Source of the DNA: Candidatus Woesearchaeota archaeon
GTDB taxonomy: Archaea; Nanobdellota; Nanobdellia; Woesearchaeales; JAWBMQ01
Assembly (NCBI GenBank): GCA_038825875.1
Contig: JAWBOS010000001.1
Coordinates: 14,881 to 78,880 of the forward strand
Direction of reading: 5' to 3'
DNA: 64,000 nt
Made by a program: the position numbers and the translations under genes. Below are positions 43,974 to 54,010 of this stretch, in pieces. Positions within the stretch are counted from its first letter, which is position 1; each line of letters begins with the position of its first letter. The notes beneath the pieces were generated by a model, which was given only the letters and a program-made list of their open reading frames with translations, was not told the origin of the DNA and searched no databases.

Positions 43974-45953
43974 GTGGTGAAAAAAATGGAAAATAAATAC
44001 TATCAAAAATTTGTAAGGGGTATTTTATTTTTAATATTTGCAAATGTTCTTATGTACTTTGCACATGGTCTGAGTATTGTGGATTTGAGCACATTTGACT
44101 TATTAAACAGAAGTTTTGGAAACGTGACATTGAGAGCAAATCTAAGTGAAGGAACTCATGAATATTTCTCTTGCTCGTTGTACCTTAATGACAATTTAAA
44201 TGAAACAAAAATTGCTCAAAATAACACTATTGTTTCATTTGTCAAACTAAACCTCAACTCATCTAGTTATAGTTACAGAATAGAATGTTCAAACGATACT
44301 GAAACAGCAAGCTTATCTGGCAATTTTTTTGTTAATCGAGTATTTAGTGCAAGATCAAATGCAGAAGTAATTGTTTACAAAAATTATCCATTCAGATTGA
44401 ATTTAACCTCTATTTTTAATGTAAATGATCCAGAAAGAGATGTTATTGGTTTTGAACTTTTAACTGAAAATGATGAAGTTTCCCTCAGCGAAAACATTCT
44501 CGAAGGAAATTTTTCAAAAGAGGGTATTTTTGTTTTAAATTTTTCATTATATGAGGTAAATGTCGAACCAAAATTCCAAAGAATTGGCACGTTGACCATA
44601 AAATCAATGATTCCTCAAGGTAGTTTAGAATATAATAAAAGCATTACTTTAAATGATGATGAAGCTAAAAAACAAGGAGAAAAGGTCTATGGCAGATTTA
44701 CGCTAATTAACACAGGAACAATTCCCTTAGAAATTAAATTAACATCTAGCACTGATTCCTTAAAGGTAGAAAACAAAAAAACATATTCTTTTTCAATATC
44801 TCCTAATGAAGAAGCAAGGATTAATCTTGAATATCTCATTGATTTTAATCTTCCCTCAGGAGTAAATGAAATTGCCACACTCACTATTGAAGCCAACAAT
44901 TCCCAATTCAATTTTAAAATGAGTGATTCGATAAAGGTTTTTGTTTTTGTTCCATCTTTATTAGAAGTAAACGAACTATATCTTTCCGCAGAATTATCTA
45001 ATGAAGAAATCAATCTATTAAGCTCAGATTTCGAAAGGAAAGAGAATAAATACACTATAAAATCTTCATCTAATTATTTACCAGTAAAACCAGGAGATCA
45101 AGTAAGAATTGAGGTCTTATTAAAAGCAAATCTTCTCAATTTTTATGACATCTACGGAAAATTGAAAATAGACAAAGATGAATTTGATATTGAAACTGAA
45201 AATGAAGAAAGTTACATTGAAATAAAGAAGGATAAAACAGACAAGATTTCATTTTCGTTTGACGTGCCTCAAAGAGTAAAATCTGATACAACATATCCAT
45301 TTGAAATCACAATTGAAGGAAAAGACTCCACTTATCGCAGAAGACATAGAATCACAATTCTTGGTTATCTAACTATAGACAAAGATTCAAAGTCAATTTA
45401 TGTAAAGGACATAACACTTAATCCTACCGAAATAGATTGCAAGTATAGCACAACCTATTTGACAGGTACTATTTACAATACCGGATACTCGCAAATAACA
45501 TTAAACTACAGATTAATAAATAGAGATCTTAATTTCACAATAGAGAATTCTTGTACATTGCGAGAGTATACATCTTCAAGAAGAAGCGATGATTACTGTG
45601 ATATATTTGAAGAGATCTCTTTTAACAAAAACATAAACCCAGGAAATTACCGATTTGAATTCGGAGTAACTGACAATTCTGGAAGATTGCTCTATGGACC
45701 TCAGTATATTGCACTAAAAGTAAAGGAATGTCCTGTAATTCAACCAACCTTACCAGAAAAACCAGCTGAAGAGAAAAAGAATGAATCAATAGTTGTCATA
45801 GAAGTTCCCACGAATCAAACAGAAACACCAACCGTTATAATAGAAGAACCCAGCAAAACTCAATTAAAAGAAGTAATACTATACACTGCGATCATTATAC
45901 TTTTGATTTCAGTAATCGTTATGACCATAATCTTAATAAGGAATCTTAAATAA
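43974..45953 (+). CDS. Cell-surface (S-layer/adhesin-like) glycoprotein with signal peptide, Thr/Pro-rich stalk and C-terminal TM anchor
   Basis: Signal ILFLIFANVLMYFAHG; many N-x-S/T; stalk PTLPEKPAEEKKNES..TNQTETPTV; C-terminal helix ILYTAIIILLISVIVMTIILI + basic tail. Confidence 0.55.
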   Translation: MVKKMENKYYQKFVRGILFLIFANVLMYFAHGLSIVDLSTFDLLNRSFGNVTLRANLSEGTHEYFSCSLYLNDNLNETKIAQNNTIVSFVKLNLNSSSYSYRIECSNDTETASLSGNFFVNRVFSARSNAEVIVYKNYPFRLNLTSIFNVNDPERDVIGFELLTENDEVSLSENILEGNFSKEGIFVLNFSLYEVNVEPKFQRIGTLTIKSMIPQGSLEYNKSITLNDDEAKKQGEKVYGRFTLINTGTIPLEIKLTSSTDSLKVENKKTYSFSISPNEEARINLEYLIDFNLPSGVNEIATLTIEANNSQFNFKMSDSIKVFVFVPSLLEVNELYLSAELSNEEINLLSSDFERKENKYTIKSSSNYLPVKPGDQVRIEVLLKANLLNFYDIYGKLKIDKDEFDIETENEESYIEIKKDKTDKISFSFDVPQRVKSDTTYPFEITIEGKDSTYRRRHRITILGYLTIDKDSKSIYVKDITLNPTEIDCKYSTTYLTGTIYNTGYSQITLNYRLINRDLNFTIENSCTLREYTSSRRSDDYCDIFEEISFNKNINPGNYRFEFGVTDNSGRLLYGPQYIALKVKECPVIQPTLPEKPAEEKKNESIVVIEVPTNQTETPTVIIEEPSKTQLKEVILYTAIIILLISVIVMTIILIRNLK

Positions 45954-46054
45954 CTTCTTCTCTTTTTCTCTACTTTTTCTTTTTTTTGAATTTAAATTTT
46001 TTTGAATTTAATGTTTTAGAGTGTATTTCTGGTTTAATTCGTTTGGATTGTGTT

Positions 46055-46074
46055 TTTGAATGCTTGCATTCAAA
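46055..46074. terminator. Bidirectional terminator-like hairpin TTTGAATGC-tt-GCATTCAAA flanked by T-runs between convergent genes
   Basis: Perfect 9-bp inverted repeat with 2-nt loop, TTTTT upstream and TTTTT downstream, in the 146-bp convergent intergenic region. Confidence 0.4.
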
Positions 46075-46099
46075 TTTTTAAAACATAAAAAATGCATTT

Positions 46100-47677
46100 T
46101 TATTGATATTTCTTTAGGACTGAAGACATATAAGGAATCATATCCTTTTTTCTGGAAATAAAAGGTGTCTTTATTAAATCATTTTCTTTGAATTGAGAAA
46201 AAATGTAATCCCTATTAGTAAAAATATACGAACAATGATTTAGTATATCGGTAACCATAAAAACGAATATGTCCAAAAAATTGTCCTCTAAAAAAGCAGG
46301 AATTTCTTTAATTATCTCTTCTCTTCTTAGTAATATTTTTTCCACATTAACCAATTGAATTTGCGAAATTGCAACATCAAATTTTCCAATCTTTAATTTT
46401 TTAATATCATATTCAAAGATCTTTTTCAATGGCAGATCTGTTATAGTCTCATTGCTTTCAAAAATTTTTTTCCCAAAATCTATATAAGAAATACCAAAAT
46501 TATTTGAGATTTCCTTGGCTGCTATAATATCTTCTTGGGTGGTTGTGGAGGATGATAAAATCACAGTATCTGAAAGAATTCCTGCAAGTAATAATTTTGC
46601 AATTTGAGATGGCACTTCAAGTTCACATTCTTTAAACTTTTGATATATCAAAGTGCTTGTACTCCCAACCGGTCTTATGGTAACTTCGATTGGCTTAAAA
46701 GTAACGATATCCCCTAAATTGTGATGATCAATAATTTCTACAATATTATTCTCTTCGATTCCATCAATAGCTTGAGAAAGAGTATTATGATCAACTAGAA
46801 TAACATTAAACTTATTATCAAGATATATTTCCCTTTTACCAACAACGCCAATAACCTTATTATCTTCTACAACTGGTAAAACAAAATTTTTTCTTAGCAC
46901 TTTTTCTCTTACATCCTTTATAAGATCTTCATCTACTAAAAAGCTAACATCTTTTTTTACAAAATTTTTTATAGAATGCTGGAAATGTAATAGTTGAATC
47001 ACTTCCTGTGTTCGTCGGTTAGTAACAAAAAGATTGAAATCATATGCTCTTCCTCTATAGGGACTATCATCAGAGGCATTTGTAATAATTAATGTATCAA
47101 GTAATGAAGAGAATAAATATGGCAATCTTTTGCTATCTGCCGAAACCACTACTATGCCTGTTTGAATTGCCTCTACGGAAAGATCACTAGCTAGGTTTAT
47201 TTCTCCTTTTACTATTTCAGATTTCTTGTAACTAAATATAGGCATTAGAGAAGCTTTTAATTTATCAAAAGAAACTTCTAAATAATTCAATTCTTTTGTG
47301 TACATATTTCTAACCAAAGCATTTGCTAAAAATTCGGAAGTTATTATGCCTTCAAAATTATCATTTTCATCACAAACTGGCAAAGATTTAACATGATAAT
47401 TAAAGAATATATCAAAGGCCTCTTGAAAGGTCATATTGCTCTTAATTGTTAATGGATTAACTCTAATATCCCTTACTCTTAAAAACAAATCGTTTCTCTT
47501 AGCGGGCATTTCTATATTCAATTCTGACAGTATGTACTTTACCTCATTGGTAGGCTCTCCACACATGATGGGTTTAAACTCAACACCTTGTAAAGATTTT
47601 AAATAAGCATAACTAATTGAACTTGCAACACTATCTAGATCTGGATTCTTATGACCAATCACAAAATTTCTATGCAT
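46100..47677 (-). CDS. DHH-CBS-DHHA2 phosphoesterase (CBS-regulated family II inorganic pyrophosphatase-like)
   Basis: N-terminal VIGHKNPDLDSVASSISYAY (DHH motif I), DHH, central CBS-pair insertion, C-terminal DHHA2-like region. Confidence 0.65.
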   Translation of the reverse strand: MHRNFVIGHKNPDLDSVASSISYAYLKSLQGVEFKPIMCGEPTNEVKYILSELNIEMPAKRNDLFLRVRDIRVNPLTIKSNMTFQEAFDIFFNYHVKSLPVCDENDNFEGIITSEFLANALVRNMYTKELNYLEVSFDKLKASLMPIFSYKKSEIVKGEINLASDLSVEAIQTGIVVVSADSKRLPYLFSSLLDTLIITNASDDSPYRGRAYDFNLFVTNRRTQEVIQLLHFQHSIKNFVKKDVSFLVDEDLIKDVREKVLRKNFVLPVVEDNKVIGVVGKREIYLDNKFNVILVDHNTLSQAIDGIEENNIVEIIDHHNLGDIVTFKPIEVTIRPVGSTSTLIYQKFKECELEVPSQIAKLLLAGILSDTVILSSSTTTQEDIIAAKEISNNFGISYIDFGKKIFESNETITDLPLKKIFEYDIKKLKIGKFDVAISQIQLVNVEKILLRREEIIKEIPAFLEDNFLDIFVFMVTDILNHCSYIFTNRDYIFSQFKENDLIKTPFISRKKDMIPYMSSVLKKYQ

Positions 47678-47734
47678 AGGATATCTTACATCTTAAAATT
47701 TTTAAATATTATTTATCATCTTAGAATCCTAAAA

Positions 47735-48469
47735 ATGAATATAAACTCTGAAAAAGAAGATTTAAAGCAGCTAATACAAAATATTTACAATATTCTGCTA
47801 AAAAATTATGGTTATCAAGGATGGTTTCCATTAATAAGATTTCCTGGAACTAATCCAACAAAAAGTGGCTCTATAAGAGGTTATCATCCAAATAATTATG
47901 ATCTCCCAAAAACAATTGATGAGATTTATGAGGTATGTATTGCTTCTATATTAACCCAAAATACTAACTGGATAAATGCTGAAAAAGCCTTATTAAATCT
48001 CTACAAAAACAATGTTTTAAATCCAAACATCATAGCTATTTTAGATATTAAGAAGCTAAAGGAATTAATTAAATGTGCAGGGTTTTATAATCAAAAGTCA
48101 GTGAGAATCAAGGAATTTACTCATTGGTTTTTATTGAACTTAGATAGATTGAATAGTATAAAAAGAGAGGAATTGTTAAAGATAAAGGGTATTGGTAAAG
48201 AAACAGCAGACACAATACTATTATATGCTTTGAAAAAACCATTTTTTGTAATAGATTCCTATACCATGAGATTTTGTTATCGATTAGGCATTAATTTTAA
48301 GAATTATGATGATCTGCAAGAAATATTTCAAATTTCTCTAGAGCAAGATTTTAGGATTTATAATGAGTATCATGCATTAATAGTGGAGCACTGTAAAAGA
48401 TTTTGTAAAAAAACTCCTAATTGTGATATCTGCATACTCAAAACTATTTGCCAAAAACGCCTAGATTAA
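47735..48469 (+). CDS. nth: Endonuclease III-like HhH-GPD DNA glycosylase with [4Fe-4S] loop
   Basis: ILTQNTNW, HhH IKGIGKETADTILLYAL, C-terminal C-x6-C-x2-C-x5-C (CKRFCKKTPNCDICILKTIC). Start at ATG 47735 preferred (track start 47651 overlaps neighbour). Confidence 0.75.
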   Translation: MNINSEKEDLKQLIQNIYNILLKNYGYQGWFPLIRFPGTNPTKSGSIRGYHPNNYDLPKTIDEIYEVCIASILTQNTNWINAEKALLNLYKNNVLNPNIIAILDIKKLKELIKCAGFYNQKSVRIKEFTHWFLLNLDRLNSIKREELLKIKGIGKETADTILLYALKKPFFVIDSYTMRFCYRLGINFKNYDDLQEIFQISLEQDFRIYNEYHALIVEHCKRFCKKTPNCDICILKTICQKRLD

Positions 48470-49909
48470 ATGTTCATACTTTTTTCTCTCTTCATTACTA
48501 AGATTTTCCAACCAAATTCTATCAAACCCTTCTTCATAGTTTCTTCTTTTTTTGTTCCAATTGCTCTGTATATCTCCAAAAATAGAGCAAAAAAAAGGAT
48601 CCAACACTGTTTTAACCTGATTGGAATATTCTCTCAAAGAATCCTTAATTTCCATAATTCTATTTTCATAATTATTGTCTGTGGAAATTGGTTTATATTT
48701 CTCAATTAAATTAAGAATGTTTTTAGGATTATCTATGATCATACATGGCATTAGTAAGTTGTTTGTATGTGGTTGATGGAGTCTTATTGCCTTAAAAAAC
48801 TCGCTATCCCATGCGTCTTTTAATGTAACTTCCTTCAGATTATGGGTAGCTAAATGAACAAATATACATGGTTCAAGATAACCATCATTTGTCACATGTG
48901 CATATCGTCTTGCTGCAATACAACCACCTACTGCTGGTGCATCATTCCAAAAATCCATTAAGAAAAAGGGTTTATTATTTCGTACATAATTAACAACCTC
49001 GTACATATTCTTTCTTTGTTCAGGAGTGGGCATAAGTTCTAAATTACTACCTTTTGAAACAGGCATATACAAGAAAATCCAACCAAATAAAGCTCCCCTA
49101 TTAATCCAATCATCATAAAACTTTTCATTACTGAGAGTATTGTAATTTGAAGATGTCAGAACTAAGGAAATTCCAAATAATCTTCCATTATTATATAATT
49201 TCTCGGCCAATGAAGAAACCTCTTTATAAACACCTTTTCCTCTCAAGCTATCTGTTTCACTTTCTGTGCCATCTACACTTAGCGCAGGGATAAGATTAGG
49301 TATTTCCAATAAATCTTCTAAAGTTTTTTTATTTCTGTTTAGATAGGTTCCATTTGTGAACATCTGAAAAATGCTCCGGTTATGTTTTTTGAAAATATCC
49401 TTAAAATCACTTATTTTCAAACTTGGCTCTCCACCTAAGATTGTAAAGAAATGTGTGCCCATCTGCTCAGCTTGACTAATTATTGAATCAAAAAATTCTT
49501 TACTCATATCATTTTTTCTATCATATGTTTTTGCATAACAACCATCACATTCAAGATTACAAGCCATGGTAGGACTTATTAATAATGTAAATGGTGCAGG
49601 AAATTCCTTAGAAGAATCCAACTCCTTGTTTTTTCTTAACCATTCCAAACCAGAGTAGAGAATCATATTTCTAAAGAAGATGCGAACCTGTTCATAATCT
49701 CTATTGAATATATTAATGAACAATTTTCTTGGTCCTGGATTTTCAAGAATCCATGCAAAAAACTTTTTACCTGTTTCATTCTCTGTCAAAGAATAGAACT
49801 TTTTGAAAAGTTTGTCCAAATTTTTCTCAGGATTATGATAAATCTTTGAAACATAATGATCTACAACACTTTCTAGAAGTTTTTCTCTTATCCTTTCAAT
49901 CAATCTCAT
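48461..49909 (-). CDS. Radical SAM protein with about 110-aa N-terminal extension and Twitch/partial-SPASM-like C-terminal Cys region; function unknown
   Basis: TMACNLECDGCYA (CxxxCxxC) at about aa 117; later GGCIAARRY...EPCIF...MPCMIID cysteines; no precursor peptide nearby. Confidence 0.6.
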   Translation of the reverse strand: MRLIERIREKLLESVVDHYVSKIYHNPEKNLDKLFKKFYSLTENETGKKFFAWILENPGPRKLFINIFNRDYEQVRIFFRNMILYSGLEWLRKNKELDSSKEFPAPFTLLISPTMACNLECDGCYAKTYDRKNDMSKEFFDSIISQAEQMGTHFFTILGGEPSLKISDFKDIFKKHNRSIFQMFTNGTYLNRNKKTLEDLLEIPNLIPALSVDGTESETDSLRGKGVYKEVSSLAEKLYNNGRLFGISLVLTSSNYNTLSNEKFYDDWINRGALFGWIFLYMPVSKGSNLELMPTPEQRKNMYEVVNYVRNNKPFFLMDFWNDAPAVGGCIAARRYAHVTNDGYLEPCIFVHLATHNLKEVTLKDAWDSEFFKAIRLHQPHTNNLLMPCMIIDNPKNILNLIEKYKPISTDNNYENRIMEIKDSLREYSNQVKTVLDPFFCSIFGDIQSNWNKKRRNYEEGFDRIWLENLSNEERKKYEHLI

Positions 49910-49968
49910 GGTTTTGAAATAACTGTAGTTATTTAATAAGAATAAGAAAGAAAGTATATAAATTTTTT

Positions 49969-52005
49969 TTAGACTTCTTTAAACCTTCTAATCATGTCTT
50001 TTATTTCTTTTTCTCTTCCCTGAAAATCAAAAATATGCTCAAAAACCTCAGAAATATGCTCTACTGTCACAATCTCAATATCCGGTTTCTGTAAAACAGA
50101 CAAAACAACATCAGATTCATTACTTTTAGGTATAATAACTTTTTTCATGCCGCTTTCAATTGCGCCTTCTATCTTATAGGTTACTCCTCCCACAGGCAAC
50201 ACATTACCTCTAACTGACAAACTGCCTGTAACAGCTACTTCTTGTCTTACAGGAATTCTTTTTATTGCTGATAACACAGCTATTGCTATTGCTAAGCTTG
50301 CACTATCTCCCTCAACACCTTCGTATGTTTGTAAGAATTGAATAAATACTTCCTTCTTTTTCAAATCAATTCCATATACTTTCTTTATAAGTGCTGAAAT
50401 ATTAATGACTGCTTCTTTTGCAATATTTCCCAATTGTCCTGTTGCAACAAACTTATTTTCTCCTGAACCATCTGTAACTATTGCCTCAATTGGAAGCACT
50501 AATCCTGACATTCTTGTTCCGCTTCCTATCACTGCTAATCCATTAACTCTTCCAACAAGTTTACCTGTATTTAAAATTATTTGATATTCCTTTTTCCTTT
50601 CAATAAACTCATCTGCCAATTGTTTTTCTAATGGTCTTGCAATCTTTAAAGCATCAATTACATCTTCCTTGAGAACATACTTATGACCTTTTTCTAAAGC
50701 AATATCTCCTGCACATCTTATCAATCCCCCCAAATCCCTAAGTCTTAATGTAATATGCCCTTTTCTGTTAGCTAATCTCATCCCTTCTTTTATTATCTCA
50801 ACAACTCCTTCTTTTGTGAAGTGTGGAATTTTACCATCTCTTCTTACCTCTTGAGCAACGAATCTGATCATTTTCTCAATATTTTCTCTCGTTGCAGGCA
50901 TTGTTTCGTTCATAAAAACCTCATAACCATAACCAATAATTCTACTTCTTAAAGCTGGGTGCATGTGTTTTATAGTTTCCAGATTTCCTGCTGCAACAAG
51001 AATAAAATCACAGGGAACAGGTTCTGTTCTTACCATTGCACCGGCACTTCTTTCAGACTGGCCTGTAATAGGGAATTCTTTTTCTTGTAAAGCAGTCAAC
51101 AATTCTTGTTGAGTCCTTCTAGATAGAGTAGAGATTTCATCAATAAATAAAACTCCTTTGTTTGCTTTATGTATCAATCCTGCAACAACTCGCTCATGTG
51201 CTGGAGTTCCTAAACCTCCACTTTGAAAAGGATCATGCAAAACATCTCCCAATAATGCACCAGCATGTGCACCAGTAGCATCATAAAAAGGAGCTTGTTT
51301 CTTGTCTTTATTATCAACTAATAGCTTCGGAACCATAACTTGAGTAGGTTTCTTAGTCATTGATAATGAGATACTCATCGCAAAAACAAAAAGCATGCCA
51401 CCGATAAAAGTAGCTGCAAATACAATGTCACCATATTCTCTTCTAAACCACCAAGGTAAAAGAAGCGAAAGAATAATCAAGAAAAACATGAACCAGTTTT
51501 GACTTGCCCTTGCTTTCAATTCTTCTAGCTTTGCTTTTTCAACAATTTCCTTTCCCTTTCCTGCATCAACAGTTCGAATTAATGGATTATTTTCATCCAG
51601 AGGATTAGGAAAAACAAGAATATCCTTTAATTTTTCAACTGGCAAGAGTTCTGCTAATGCCTTACCTAGCATACTTTTTCCGGTTCCTGGTTCTCCAATT
51701 AAGAGGACATGTCTTCTTTGTAATGCAGCCTTTTTTATCACTTCTACTGCAAAATCCTGCCCAATTATTTGATCCACTAACTTCTCTGGTATTTTAACTT
51801 CTTCTGTTGTTTTTATATTAACTATTGAATCTATCTCTCCTATTGAAACTAACTTCTTCTCAATTGAGTTTTTGTTAATTTTTTGATTTTTTTTCATTTT
51901 TGACTTGAATTGCTTAGAAGAAAACGAAAAGTATTTTAAAATATTTTGATTCTTATATAAAATATGGCCACAAATGCTGGTGTGGAATTTGTACTTGCTC
52001 AACAA
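49969..52005 (-). CDS. lonB: Archaeal membrane-bound Lon protease (LonB)
   Basis: Walker A LIGEPGTGKSMLGKALAELL; two TM helices inserted in the AAA module (FMFFLIILSLLLPWWF, FAATFIGGMLFVFAMSIS); C-terminal Lon Ser-Lys protease domain. True start may be the internal Met (MKKNQKIN). Confidence 0.85.
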   Translation of the reverse strand: MLSKYKFHTSICGHILYKNQNILKYFSFSSKQFKSKMKKNQKINKNSIEKKLVSIGEIDSIVNIKTTEEVKIPEKLVDQIIGQDFAVEVIKKAALQRRHVLLIGEPGTGKSMLGKALAELLPVEKLKDILVFPNPLDENNPLIRTVDAGKGKEIVEKAKLEELKARASQNWFMFFLIILSLLLPWWFRREYGDIVFAATFIGGMLFVFAMSISLSMTKKPTQVMVPKLLVDNKDKKQAPFYDATGAHAGALLGDVLHDPFQSGGLGTPAHERVVAGLIHKANKGVLFIDEISTLSRRTQQELLTALQEKEFPITGQSERSAGAMVRTEPVPCDFILVAAGNLETIKHMHPALRSRIIGYGYEVFMNETMPATRENIEKMIRFVAQEVRRDGKIPHFTKEGVVEIIKEGMRLANRKGHITLRLRDLGGLIRCAGDIALEKGHKYVLKEDVIDALKIARPLEKQLADEFIERKKEYQIILNTGKLVGRVNGLAVIGSGTRMSGLVLPIEAIVTDGSGENKFVATGQLGNIAKEAVINISALIKKVYGIDLKKKEVFIQFLQTYEGVEGDSASLAIAIAVLSAIKRIPVRQEVAVTGSLSVRGNVLPVGGVTYKIEGAIESGMKKVIIPKSNESDVVLSVLQKPDIEIVTVEHISEVFEHIFDFQGREKEIKDMIRRFKEV

Positions 52006-53067
52006 GAATATCAGAAAGCTAAAACACCCTTAGAAAAGATAAAAGCTTTAGAAAGGATGTATGCAACAGTCCCAAAGCACAAGGGCACAGAAAATCTCAG
52101 AGCAGATATTGCAAAAAAAATGGCTTATTGGAAAAGAGTTCTTGAGCAAGAGGAATCTAAAAAAAGTGCAAGAACTTCATTTAGTATTCAAAAAGAAGCT
52201 CCTTGCATAGGTGTAGTTGGTTTACCAAATTCTGGCAAATCTTTGCTTGTTAAAAAGCTAACAAATGTCAACACTACGATAAGTGAGTATGAATTTTCTA
52301 CGAAAGTTCCTGTTGTAGGAATGCTGAAGTATAAAGATGTTAGTCTTCAAATGATTGATTTTATTCCAATTTTTGAAGGAATTGCATTTAATACAAAACT
52401 AAGGCAATACTTATCTCCCCTAAGGATTTGTGATATTCTGCTTATTCTTATAAGAAAGGATGAAGAATTCGAAATAATACGAAAGGAATTGGAAAATTTT
52501 AAAATAATACTTGGAAGAAGAAAATTGCTAAAAATAAGAAAATCAGATCATTTAGAAATTATAGGATTTGAATTAATTAAAGATTCTTCATATGATGAAA
52601 TACTTACAATTGCTAGGGACAAAAAACTTCACAATCACGTTATTCAAATAATGGAAGAAATGACAATAGATGAATTTCTCAAGCTAATAGATGAAAGTTA
52701 TTATTTTGTTGATTATATCATTGTAAAAAATTTAATCATTGATCGAGAGCCTTCAAAAATTGCTGATTTCTCAATTGATATCTTAAAAGAAACAAATTTT
52801 GATCCTATGTTGGAAAAGATTTTTGAAAAAATGAACCTTATCAGAGTTTACACAAAAGACAAATCAAAGAAGATTTCAGATAAACCCATAGTTGTAAAAA
52901 AAGGATCAACAATAAGAGATGTAGCTGAAATAATTCACAAAGATTTCGTAAAAAATTTTGATTATGCAAAGATATGGGGAGATAAGGCAAAATTCCCAGG
53001 CCAAAAGGTAGGATTAGATTATGAAGTTTTTGATGGCTGTGTAGTTGAATTCTTCTTAAAATTTTAA
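51964..53067 (+). CDS. DRG/Rbg1-family GTPase homolog with C-terminal TGS domain; G3/G4 motifs degenerate
   Basis: N-terminal helical KGTENLRADIAKKMAYWKR, G1 GLPNSGKS, G2 FSTKVPVVG, TGS-like VVKKGSTIRDVAEIIHKDF..KIWGDKAKFPGQKVGLDYEVFDGCVVEF; no clean DxxG or NKxD. Confidence 0.55.
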   Translation: MATNAGVEFVLAQQEYQKAKTPLEKIKALERMYATVPKHKGTENLRADIAKKMAYWKRVLEQEESKKSARTSFSIQKEAPCIGVVGLPNSGKSLLVKKLTNVNTTISEYEFSTKVPVVGMLKYKDVSLQMIDFIPIFEGIAFNTKLRQYLSPLRICDILLILIRKDEEFEIIRKELENFKIILGRRKLLKIRKSDHLEIIGFELIKDSSYDEILTIARDKKLHNHVIQIMEEMTIDEFLKLIDESYYFVDYIIVKNLIIDREPSKIADFSIDILKETNFDPMLEKIFEKMNLIRVYTKDKSKKISDKPIVVKKGSTIRDVAEIIHKDFVKNFDYAKIWGDKAKFPGQKVGLDYEVFDGCVVEFFLKF

Positions 53068-53139
53068 AAACTTAAAAACTTAAATAAAAAATTAAAAACA
53101 AAAAATATAAATTTACTGTTACTCCAACATAGTGATCCT

Positions 53140-53973
53140 ATGAAAAAGAATATACTCTTGTATGATGTTGATGACACATTATTTAACTCTGTTTCTCACT
53201 TTTACATTGTTTATGACCTCTTAACTCTTCTAACATATACCAGAACTACAGGAATAAAGGAAAATAGTACAGTAATTGATGTTGATTTATGCAAAGAAAA
53301 CCTTCCAAAAAGATACATCTATTCAGGTCTAACCAAAAAACTAAAAATAGAAGATCTAAAAAATTATTTGTCAAAAGAACTTGAAACTAAAGATGTTCTT
53401 ATCATGAAAGAATGGAAAAGAAAAAAAGAAAACCCCTATAGTATAGACTGCTATCATGAATGTATTACTCAGCTAAGAGACGAATTGAAATTACCTATTA
53501 GAAATAGAGAAACAAAGTTATTGAGTGAAATAGCCTTTAGTGTAGATCTTAAACCAATTATTTGCTATTATGATATCTTTAAGATTAAAAAAACAATGGA
53601 CTGTGATCTAGGAGTTGTAACTAAAGGAACTTACACAATTCAGAGTTTAAAGCTTGAACGCTCTGGATTGAAAGAGATCCTAGATAGAAAACATATTCAA
53701 GTACTACCTGAGAAAGATTTGTCTCATTGGCAAGAGCTTCTGGAGTATTATTCTCCAAAGTATTATAAAGTTGTAAACATTGGTAATTCGCTAAATGACG
53801 ATATCTTGCCGATAAAAAAACTTGGGGAAAAGTTTCAGAATGCAAATGCAGTATGGTATGTAACTCACGATTTTTTCACTCACAAAAAAGAGTATGAACA
53901 ATTAAAAAAATCTAATGAAGTGTTAAAATACTCGTTAGATAATCTAAAAAAATTGCTTCTGGAAAGGTATTGA
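53140..53973 (+). CDS. HAD-superfamily hydrolase-like protein
   Basis: Motif I LLYDVDDTL near N-terminus, C-terminal VVNIGNSLNDDIL motif IV-like. Confidence 0.45.
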   Translation: MKKNILLYDVDDTLFNSVSHFYIVYDLLTLLTYTRTTGIKENSTVIDVDLCKENLPKRYIYSGLTKKLKIEDLKNYLSKELETKDVLIMKEWKRKKENPYSIDCYHECITQLRDELKLPIRNRETKLLSEIAFSVDLKPIICYYDIFKIKKTMDCDLGVVTKGTYTIQSLKLERSGLKEILDRKHIQVLPEKDLSHWQELLEYYSPKYYKVVNIGNSLNDDILPIKKLGEKFQNANAVWYVTHDFFTHKKEYEQLKKSNEVLKYSLDNLKKLLLERY

Positions 53974-54010
53974 AAAACTTTTTTAAACAATAAATCATTT
54001 CTTAGAGTTT

